From assembly GCF_018398935.1 (NCBI RefSeq), contig NZ_CP074694.1, positions 1,530,001 to 1,562,000 of the forward strand: 32,000 nt of DNA, written 5' to 3'. Every line of letters starts with the position of its first letter. The stretch's first letter is position 1. Under the pieces are notes generated by a model. The model worked only from the letters and a program-made list of their open reading frames with translations. It had not been told where the DNA came from and made no database searches. This DNA is from Telmatocola sphagniphila (GTDB taxonomy: Bacteria > Planctomycetota > Planctomycetia > Gemmatales > Gemmataceae). A program made the translations under genes and the position numbers. Shown piece after piece: positions 23,614 to 31,276 of the stretch.

Positions 23614-24189
23614 CTAGCTTCCCCGCTTGGCTTTTGAGAATGCCAATGCTTCCTGCAATTGAACGATGGCCGAGTTGAGCTCGCTGATAGCTCCTCCCGA
23701 TTTACTGGGAGAATTTTTTATGAGCGAAATGGTACTTTGCAGTTTAGTGATGCACTGCGCTAGCTGGGCATCGGATAGTGCCTGGGGTTCACTCAGCTGA
23801 TTGCCGGAAGTTTTCTTCGAAGATCCCGCACTCGGAGCCGTACTGCCCTTTCCAGCGGCCATTTTCCCACTGTTGCCAGAACTCCCGCTCGCTTTTTTCC
23901 CACCGGTGTGTGAGCCTTTATTCGCCTGCTTCAATTGATGTTCTGCGGCAACAATGTCCTTCACCGCCGCCCCTCGATGGCCTCCATAATCATGATCCGC
24001 ATTATCCAATATGGCTTTGATTGCTTGGAGATTGTTCAAAGCTGTGGTAAGAGTCGAATTGGAATTACTGGTATGTCCTTTGGTTGCGCTCCCCAAACTC
24101 CCCGCGTTCAGCGGAGGGGCTGCATGACTGGTCGAGCCAAATCCTAGCATAGCAATTGTTGGAACGGTAAGAAATCGCAGCGTAAACAT
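23614..24189 (-). CDS. Secreted hypothetical protein: two helical-hairpin repeats separated by a Ser/Gly/Lys-rich low-complexity linker
   Basis: 191-aa ORF with signal peptide LTVPTIAMLGFGSTSHA. Repeat 1 is LNNLQAIKAILDNADHDYGGHRGAAVKDIVAAEHQLKQA. Repeat 2 is ITKLQSTISLIKNSPSKSGGAISELNSAIVQLQEAL. The linker is GGKKASGSSGNSGKMAAGKGSTAPSAGSSKKTSG. The stop lies 24 nt upstream of the sigma gene start. Confidence 0.6.
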   Translation of the reverse strand: MFTLRFLTVPTIAMLGFGSTSHAAPPLNAGSLGSATKGHTSNSNSTLTTALNNLQAIKAILDNADHDYGGHRGAAVKDIVAAEHQLKQANKGSHTGGKKASGSSGNSGKMAAGKGSTAPSAGSSKKTSGNQLSEPQALSDAQLAQCITKLQSTISLIKNSPSKSGGAISELNSAIVQLQEALAFSKAKRGS

Positions 24190-24270
24190 AAAAAAGTCCT
24201 CATGGAGTGAAATGAAATCGAATCGGGAGAGAAAACTGGAACAATGTTGTCTGCGAGTTCTTCACCATCG

Positions 24271-24284
24271 ATCATTCGAATGAT
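24271..24284. promoter_or_regulatory. Perfect 14-bp palindrome ATCATTCGAATGAT in the divergent intergenic region, a candidate operator
   Basis: Read directly, it is its own reverse complement. It lies about 82 nt upstream of the 24189 start (minus strand) and about 244 nt upstream of the 24528 start (plus strand). No function has been demonstrated. Confidence 0.3.
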
Positions 24285-24527
24285 TTTTGCTTTCTCTCCA
24301 CACACCATTGCTTAACCGCCGAGGCAGATTTATGACACATATTTTCTTGAAATCCCCTTTTTTCATCTCATTGCTACGAAGATGATGCCTGCCAAGTTGA
24401 ATTTCTGGCCTCAGACGAAAATTCAGTGGAGGGGCATCGATTTGTCTGGAAGATTAATCCCTCCGAACCAAAATAACTCCGATTACGGAACGACGATCAG
24501 AAATCCGATACTCCACGCGAAGGGTAC

Positions 24528-26783
24528 ATGCGTATGGCAAAGTTTGAATCTAAATCTTACCCGAACATTTTGCGTCTTCACTGGATGGTACTGCTGACAG
24601 TTTGCTTCGATTTGAACTTAAAATCCTCGATCGCCGCTGAGGATTGGGGTAGCTACTCAATAGTTCCTTCCAGCGCTACTGGATTCGTTTTGGAAGCTGT
24701 CGGATCTCAATCGAAGGAAGGGGCTGTCGTCTCCATTAACAAGCCCATGGCAACCGAGAACCAGAAATGGGTGATTGTTGCCAGGGGTAAAGATCGCTAC
24801 TTGATTAAACCGAGTCTGTCATCGACACTCGTTCTGGCCGCTTCCGAAGGTGGCAAGAAAATGGGGACAGCCATCGTTCTCGAAAAGGAGAATGGCAAAC
24901 CCTGGCAGGAATGGAGTCTGAAAAAAAATGAAAATGGTTCCTACTGTATAATTCCCGCCCACGCTCCCGGACTGGGTCTGGACCATTTTGGCGGCAAAGC
25001 CGCGGTTGGAGCCCGGGTCGATCTCTGGGAAAATCGGCCGGGAGATCAGCATCTGGAATGGTTCATCAAGCCGTTAGCCGGAACCGAAAAAGCGATTGCC
25101 AACGGTATACTCGAGTCGCCACCCAGCACATATGTCGCTCCGGAAATCCAGGCCGAAAAAATACTTAAGGGGCAGCTCAAAAGTTTCACTTTCAATTCGA
25201 GCAAGATCTTCCCCGGCACTGTTCGAGAAGTCAACGTGTTCATACCCGCCCAGTACAATGGAGCGAAACCCGCCTGCGTCTATGTGAAAACCGATGGCTT
25301 TAATCCTAAGGAACAGGAATTGATGGAGAAAATGATCGCCACCAAGGAAATGCCTGTGACCATAGGGATATTTGTTCGACCCGGAGATTTACCGGCACCC
25401 ATGAAGAATACGATGGGACGACGCAACCGTTGCCTGGAATATGATGGGATGGGGGATAACCACGTTCGATTTCTGCTCGAGGAATTACTGCCCTACATAG
25501 CCAAAGAATATCAATTGAAACTATCAGACAACGGAGACGATCGCTGTATCGCCGGAGGTAGCAGTGGTGGAATTGCTGCATTTAATGCGGCCTGGGAACG
25601 GCCAGAAGCTTTTAGCCGGGTCTATGCCAATAGTGGAAGTTTCGTCGCTTTTCGAGGCGGCCACGAGTTTCCGACACTCGTTCGTAAATTCGAAGCGAAG
25701 CCGATCCGCGCTTATCTCACCACCGGCATGCACGATATGGAAAATTGTGCCGGCGATTGGTTCCTGATCGACCTGGAAATGGATAAGGCCCTGAAATTTT
25801 CCGGTTACGATTACAAGTTTCGAGTTATCAAAGGCGGCCACGTGGCTGGGTATTACGACTACTACGAAGAAGCGATGAGTTATCTCTGGAAGGATTGGCC
25901 TAAGCCGGTTAAGGCAGGTCCGAGCGCTCCCCGCGTGCAGGATATCATTCTTCCGAATGAATCCTGGAAGTTAGTGGCTCAAGGGCTTCGAGGAATTACA
26001 AGCTCGGGGGTTACGAAAACTGGGGAAGTTCTCTTTCTGGAAGCCGATGCTAACAAGATACTCCGATACGATCTGGAGGGGAACATCACTCTGTTCACTC
26101 CCAATGCGGAGCAAGCTTCTTGTATGTGCGTGGGGGCTCAGGGAGAAATTTACGTCGGTTCGAAAACATCCGGAAAGATCTTGAAGATCGAATCAAATGG
26201 AGAGCGTTCCGTCTTAGTGGAGGGTTTGCCCCCTCAGCAATTGTTAGCCATGCCGGATGGAAGTCTCTACGCAACGAGCAATGATGCAAAACTCAAGGAT
26301 TCGGGGAGTATCTGGCTCGTCAAGGCGGGCAAAAAAACTCAGGTCGATTCGGGATTGAAATATGCCAGCGGTTTAGCCTATCGACCCGATCAGTGGCTTT
26401 TGAGCGCGGCCGATGGTCGCTCGAAGTGGGGCTACAGTTTTCAGATCCGCTCGGATGGAAGTTTGATCAACAAAGAGAAGTTCTTCTGGTTACACGTTCC
26501 CGATTGGGAGGACGATTCCGGAGCGGAATCGATGTGCTACACCAAAGAAGGCCCACTGTTAATAGCTACGCATTTTGGTGTTCAGGCCTGCGCGGACGAT
26601 GGGCCTACACAAGTGATACTTCCTTTACCCGATCGCTCGCGTCTGCTCGGCGTCTGTCTGGGAGGCAAGGATCAGGATACCTTATTCGCTTTTACGTCTG
26701 ACAAGATCTGGAAGCGAAAAGTTAAAGTGCACGGCGTCGGAGCTTTCACCCCCTGGCAACCCGCTCGTGGTTCGAAGCTCTAA
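24528..26783 (+). CDS. Secreted tri-domain protein: ricin-B-type lectin (beta-trefoil) + alpha/beta-hydrolase 'putative esterase' + SMP-30/gluconolactonase-like beta-propeller
   Basis: 751-aa ORF. Three QxW-like repeats (NQKWVIV, WQEWSLK, HLEWFIK) fall within the first ~190 aa. The esterase block is FIPAQYNG...CIAGGSSGGIAAFNAAWERPEAFSRVYANSGSF (nucleophile elbow GSSGG). The C-terminal ~270 aa contains propeller-like repeats (GEIYVGS, DGSLYATSN, ASGLAYRPD, EGPLLIAT). Confidence 0.7.
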   Translation: MRMAKFESKSYPNILRLHWMVLLTVCFDLNLKSSIAAEDWGSYSIVPSSATGFVLEAVGSQSKEGAVVSINKPMATENQKWVIVARGKDRYLIKPSLSSTLVLAASEGGKKMGTAIVLEKENGKPWQEWSLKKNENGSYCIIPAHAPGLGLDHFGGKAAVGARVDLWENRPGDQHLEWFIKPLAGTEKAIANGILESPPSTYVAPEIQAEKILKGQLKSFTFNSSKIFPGTVREVNVFIPAQYNGAKPACVYVKTDGFNPKEQELMEKMIATKEMPVTIGIFVRPGDLPAPMKNTMGRRNRCLEYDGMGDNHVRFLLEELLPYIAKEYQLKLSDNGDDRCIAGGSSGGIAAFNAAWERPEAFSRVYANSGSFVAFRGGHEFPTLVRKFEAKPIRAYLTTGMHDMENCAGDWFLIDLEMDKALKFSGYDYKFRVIKGGHVAGYYDYYEEAMSYLWKDWPKPVKAGPSAPRVQDIILPNESWKLVAQGLRGITSSGVTKTGEVLFLEADANKILRYDLEGNITLFTPNAEQASCMCVGAQGEIYVGSKTSGKILKIESNGERSVLVEGLPPQQLLAMPDGSLYATSNDAKLKDSGSIWLVKAGKKTQVDSGLKYASGLAYRPDQWLLSAADGRSKWGYSFQIRSDGSLINKEKFFWLHVPDWEDDSGAESMCYTKEGPLLIATHFGVQACADDGPTQVILPLPDRSRLLGVCLGGKDQDTLFAFTSDKIWKRKVKVHGVGAFTPWQPARGSKL

Positions 26784-26791
26784 ATGGAAAT

Positions 26792-26833
26792 GCGTGAGAA
26801 TCGCCAGAGATTGTTCTCCTTCGAATCTCACGC
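26792..26833. terminator. Imperfect hairpin between convergent genes, a possible bidirectional terminator
   Basis: GCGTGAGA (26792-26799) pairs with TCTCACGC (26826-26833), extended by 3 further bp after one mismatch, with an inner GAGA/TCTC pairing. There is no clear T-run on either strand. Confidence 0.3.
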
Positions 26834-26854
26834 TCCCCAATCGATTTCCCAAGT

Positions 26855-29425
26855 TTACTTGGATACTTTTTTCTCGAACTTATCCAATCGATTTCGAAGC
26901 TCTTCGGCTTCCTTCTTAAGCTTTTCAACCTCAGTCTGAAGTTTCTTCAGATCATCCGTCGGCATTTTGGCGTCGCGAATAGTCGTCACAGCCTTCTTGG
27001 CGGCCTCGACTAATCCCTCGTCCGATTCTTTCGAAGCGATTTCTTCGAGTTGCTTAAGAGCCGGCTTTGCCTGAGCACCCATACCTTGTAACGTTCTCAC
27101 AGCATGAGATTTCAAACGTATTCCTTCTCCTGTCAACAGCGCGGCGATCGCCTCGACCGCACGATTTTGTTCGGCTTCTGTAGCCTTATCGGTTTTCACC
27201 AATCGGCTGAGGGCCGAAACCGCCGTGGAACGGCAGTCATAGGGTTTATCTTTTTTAGTCCAGTCTATGAGAGTAGTCAGCACTGCCAGATCCTGAGTGT
27301 TTGCCAGACCCTTGAGAGCGGCGTTGCGCAATGCTTCGCGATGCGAAGGTTTCTGCAACCAGGGGGTAAGGACTTTGATCGCATCGGGGCGTTTCTGGTT
27401 GGAATAGATAGAAATAGCTTCGGCCTCGATCGCAGCACTCTCATCCCCCTGATTCAAAATCGCCGACATGGTATCAGCGATCTTTTCATCTTTTCCAAAT
27501 CGAGCCAAACTACTGGCAGCGGTTCTTCGCAATTTCGGATTTTTCACTTTCAGTTCTTCGAGTAAAGCAGCTTTGCATTCTTCGCCCCCCGATTCCGCCA
27601 TAGCCGTCATAATAGCCTGAGCGACACCCGGTGTTTTCTCGAGAGGAAGCGCTTGGATAAGAACTTCACGATCCTGTTTGAGTTTGGATTTAGCAAAATG
27701 CCGGGCCGCAAAAACTCGCGAGACCGCCGTGGTTCCACTTCCGATTTGCCATACCCAGAGATCCCGCGATTTATCTTCTTTGATCTCGGCCAGGACCGCC
27801 TGATAAGGATCGATTTCGATTCCCAAGGGTCGAGTCGGACAAGGAATGTAGAAAGTCTGCTCCTTTTGAGTAATCGATTCCATGGCGATGAGTGGTTCCT
27901 GATTTTTCGTTCCAGCCAATCGGACTTTCAGTGGGAAAAAGAAGGGCTCGCCCGATTGAGTTTGTTTAACGATCACTCGAACCCGCTTTGGATCTGTTTC
28001 GTAGGCGGCGCTGACATCCAGCTTGGGATGGCCGGGACGTTCCGTCCAATCGAAGAAGAATTTTTCGAGATCCAAACTGCTGACTTTCTCCATAGCTCGA
28101 CGGAAATCGACAGTTTCGACGGATTTCAGTCGATTTACCGTGAGATATTCTTTCAGACCCGCGAAGAATATTTCATCTCCGAGTTGCTGACGGAGCATAT
28201 GAAGAATGAAAGCGCCTTTGGGATAAGCTCGGGCATCGAACATGGCATCCGGATTCGGGTAGCGACGATCGACCACCGGACGATTCACAGCGGATCGGGC
28301 TCCTTCTGCTTTACCCAAGATATTCAGAGAGTAAGCATCCGGACCGTTCGCATGTTCGTCCCAAAGGCATTCGCTATAACTGGCAAAACCTTCGTTCAGC
28401 CAGATATGCGCCCAGTCCCGGCAGGTCAACAGGTCGCCCCACCATTGGTGCCCTAATTCGTGGGAGATCAATCCTTCCGCATCCTCGTCCAAAGCGGCGC
28501 GGGAATCCAGAAGGCAATCGATCAAAGAAGTGGCACTGGTGTTCTCCATTCCACCTTCGATGAATTGCTCCAAAACAATCTGGGCATATTTATCCCAGGC
28601 GTAATCCACGCCGAATTTTTTGCTGAAAAGTTCGATCATTTCCGGCGTTCGATCAAAAGTTCGCAAAGCGTCTCCCTTGCGCGCGGGAGGTACGTAATAC
28701 TGCACGGGTTTGCCTCGCCAGGTTTGTTCCACAACGGCGAAGGGACCGACTACGAGAGTAATTAAGTAGGAAGGATGGGGCAGTTCCTGTCGCCAATGAA
28801 ACGTTACCATCTTGGTAGCCGGATCACTCTTTTTGCTAACCAGTTTACCGTTTGAAAGAACCTCATTCCCTTCAGCAACGGTTACGATGAGTTCGGTACT
28901 CTGCCGAATGCTGGGACGGTCGAAGCAGGGAATCCAGCAGCGATTCATAGTCGATTCCCCCTGACTCCAGACGGTGAGTGGGACATTCGGCTCTTCCGGG
29001 GAGGGAGCAAAAAAATAAAGTCCTTTTTTGGGGTTGCGAACTCGATAATCGATGATGAGTTCGCCTTCGGTTCCGGTGGGCAACGTTCGATCGAAATTCA
29101 CAACCAGTTTCTCGCCATCGTGAGAGTATTTGATGGGTTTAGTCGTCTCTTTTGCAACTGCAAATTCCACCTTCCGAACCTCGAATGCTTCCGCATCAAG
29201 CGTGAGCGAATCGAGGTTGCGAAGCGAACTGAAAGAGAGTTGTGCTCGCGAATCGATCATCTTACCCGGCAGATCGACCTTAAGCTCGAGTCTCAGATTC
29301 CCAACATTAACCGGGTGATCGCCCGCGGTCCGGAGTGGTTCGCTGCCAGCGCTCTGCGAATACGCGGAATGGGTGCCCACCAGCGAAAAGAAGATGATGC
29401 CGATCCTTAAAACCAAGTCACGCAT
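26855..29425 (-). CDS. M1-family zinc aminopeptidase (aminopeptidase N-like) with a C-terminal HEAT-like repeat region and a terminal coiled coil
   Basis: 856-aa ORF with signal peptide IGIIFFSLVGTHSAYS. It carries the exopeptidase motif GGMENTS, the zinc site HELGHQWWGD...WLNEGFASY (HEXXH-X18-E), about 300 aa of helical repeats, and a charged heptad-like terminus DDLKKLQTEVEKLKKEAEELRNRLDKFEKK. Confidence 0.9.
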   Translation of the reverse strand: MRDLVLRIGIIFFSLVGTHSAYSQSAGSEPLRTAGDHPVNVGNLRLELKVDLPGKMIDSRAQLSFSSLRNLDSLTLDAEAFEVRKVEFAVAKETTKPIKYSHDGEKLVVNFDRTLPTGTEGELIIDYRVRNPKKGLYFFAPSPEEPNVPLTVWSQGESTMNRCWIPCFDRPSIRQSTELIVTVAEGNEVLSNGKLVSKKSDPATKMVTFHWRQELPHPSYLITLVVGPFAVVEQTWRGKPVQYYVPPARKGDALRTFDRTPEMIELFSKKFGVDYAWDKYAQIVLEQFIEGGMENTSATSLIDCLLDSRAALDEDAEGLISHELGHQWWGDLLTCRDWAHIWLNEGFASYSECLWDEHANGPDAYSLNILGKAEGARSAVNRPVVDRRYPNPDAMFDARAYPKGAFILHMLRQQLGDEIFFAGLKEYLTVNRLKSVETVDFRRAMEKVSSLDLEKFFFDWTERPGHPKLDVSAAYETDPKRVRVIVKQTQSGEPFFFPLKVRLAGTKNQEPLIAMESITQKEQTFYIPCPTRPLGIEIDPYQAVLAEIKEDKSRDLWVWQIGSGTTAVSRVFAARHFAKSKLKQDREVLIQALPLEKTPGVAQAIMTAMAESGGEECKAALLEELKVKNPKLRRTAASSLARFGKDEKIADTMSAILNQGDESAAIEAEAISIYSNQKRPDAIKVLTPWLQKPSHREALRNAALKGLANTQDLAVLTTLIDWTKKDKPYDCRSTAVSALSRLVKTDKATEAEQNRAVEAIAALLTGEGIRLKSHAVRTLQGMGAQAKPALKQLEEIASKESDEGLVEAAKKAVTTIRDAKMPTDDLKKLQTEVEKLKKEAEELRNRLDKFEKKVSK

Positions 29426-29673
29426 TCGTATCCATCCTTTAGAAAGCCTCGATAACGAAGGGAGTTTTACTGGCCCGTGCTCTTTCGCGAAACGACTCGG
29501 CGGGATGCACGGCTTCGCTTCGAAGTGGTCCGTGAAAATATTGAGATTTCTTCAATAAACGGAATTGCAAAATAATGGACAGATTTAGTTCAGGAAGTTT
29601 TTCCTAATCCGACATCCGCAATCCCGAGTTTTCTGGAATTATGAGAGCTTGAAGTCGGCAGTAAATCAATGGT

Positions 29674-31212
29674 TTAATGACTCGACGGCGGCTGAAAACC
29701 GAGTGATACCTGAAGTTGAAACTGAGCCCGATTGTAATCGATCGTCGCCTGAATCAACTCCTCGCGAGCATCCATGAGTTGTTTCTGACTATCGAGGATT
29801 TCAATCGGCAACCCGATTGCCTGACGAATTCGAAGGTATTCTGCGCGAAAACCCTCTTCAGAAATTTTAAGTTGGAGTTGAGCTTGTTCGATTCGAATTT
29901 TAGCTGCGACCGCACTAGCATACGCTTCCGAAACTTCGGTACGAATTTGATCGATCGTGGCATTGAGTCGTGATACGGCTTGGGAAACGACAGACATGTT
30001 TCGTTGCATCAGAGTCCGATTCCCCATCCCCGCATTTTGAAGGGTCCAGACTGCCGCAACATCAAAATCAACTCTTCCATCCAATCGGCTGTACGAATAT
30101 GAAACGCGATCGCCTCCTCCGGTGATGGCGCCGTTGCTCAAACCTGCAAAAATAGTGGGGAGCCAGGGGCGTACCTGTTCCTGCCTCAATCTCGTCTTCG
30201 TCTCCGCCAACTCGTTGGTGCGAACTTTTATTTCCGGCCGATTAGCCAAGGCACGCGGAATCAGCTCTTCCAATTTGGCTTTTTCGTCCACCAAAGTGAG
30301 CGGTATAAGAAGTTGCGTGTCGAGATGTAACGGTTCGGAGGGATCCAAATTGATCAGGCCGGCCAGACGGGCGGAAGCCGCCCCGGCCTCTCCTTTCAAG
30401 TCGCGAATTCGCTTGTCGAGGAGTCGCGAATTCACTTCGGCTCTCTGGGCATCTGCCAATCGTCCCTGTCTAGCCTGCGCATAGGAACTCGTGATTCTGA
30501 CAATTTCTGAAAGATCGCCTTGGCTCTGAATCAAACTCGCAATCCTGGATTCGTAGCCGAGTAAATCCCAGAAGGCCAAGCTGACTTCCAGCAGCATATT
30601 GTTTTGGACCGCTATTGCCTCGGCCGAGCGAGCCGCAAAGGTTTCAGACCGGGCTCTAGGCTCCAGATACATATCTCCCACAGGATAAACGATATGGACT
30701 CCGGGAATTCCCACCGTACCGGCACCGATTGCGTAGGCGCCGTTACCCATGTAAAGATTTTGGCGATCGGCATCGTAGATTAAGCCGCTCGATCTTTGAA
30801 GCACACCATAATGGAGATCGATGCCCACGCCGGCAGTGAGGTTAGGAAGCAGTTGAGCTTTTGAGGCTTGAAGGTTGGCATAGGCTTCGTTCACGATTTC
30901 TCGTGCGATCTGAATCGTGGGATTATCGACTCCTGCCAGTTGAAGCACTCCCGCAAGGTCAATTGTCCGATCTGGATTACTGGTGGCGTTTGCCGGGATT
31001 ACAGAAGAATTACTTCTGGAATCCGGAATCTGTTCTGCCGCACTTACGAGCTGAATCTGGGGTGGTTCCGACGATTTCGCAGGTGTACTGATACTTAGAA
31101 GGGAAGAATTACTCGAAATCTGCTTGGGCTCAAACGTAGCGCAGCCGCTCGTAGCCGCACAAACTACTGCGCAGATTGAAAGCCCGCGTTTGGTCCAACC
31201 AGAAAAACTCAT
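29674..31212 (-). CDS. TolC-like outer membrane efflux protein (OEP family), possibly lipidated
   Basis: 512-aa ORF. The N-terminus LSICAVVCAATSGCATF is a weak lipobox ending in Cys. Two OEP repeats are present: IDLAGVLQLAGVDNPTIQIAREIV.. and LEELIPRALANRPEIKVRTNELAE... The C-terminus TIDYNRAQFQLQVSLG is typical of the family. Confidence 0.85.
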   Translation of the reverse strand: MSFSGWTKRGLSICAVVCAATSGCATFEPKQISSNSSLLSISTPAKSSEPPQIQLVSAAEQIPDSRSNSSVIPANATSNPDRTIDLAGVLQLAGVDNPTIQIAREIVNEAYANLQASKAQLLPNLTAGVGIDLHYGVLQRSSGLIYDADRQNLYMGNGAYAIGAGTVGIPGVHIVYPVGDMYLEPRARSETFAARSAEAIAVQNNMLLEVSLAFWDLLGYESRIASLIQSQGDLSEIVRITSSYAQARQGRLADAQRAEVNSRLLDKRIRDLKGEAGAASARLAGLINLDPSEPLHLDTQLLIPLTLVDEKAKLEELIPRALANRPEIKVRTNELAETKTRLRQEQVRPWLPTIFAGLSNGAITGGGDRVSYSYSRLDGRVDFDVAAVWTLQNAGMGNRTLMQRNMSVVSQAVSRLNATIDQIRTEVSEAYASAVAAKIRIEQAQLQLKISEEGFRAEYLRIRQAIGLPIEILDSQKQLMDAREELIQATIDYNRAQFQLQVSLGFQPPSSH

Positions 31213-31276
31213 CTCTTTCTCACCTGGCCTGCGATAGCTCGAAATTGCAAACAGTGCTCAAGAACTATTCGCAGGA

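Noticed and set aside
24382-24597. A 71-aa ORF in the long divergent intergenic region, overlapping the start of the 24528 CDS
   Set aside because: It has no recognisable motifs, odd composition and no signal or TM pattern. It overlaps the better-supported start region of the 751-aa gene in another frame.
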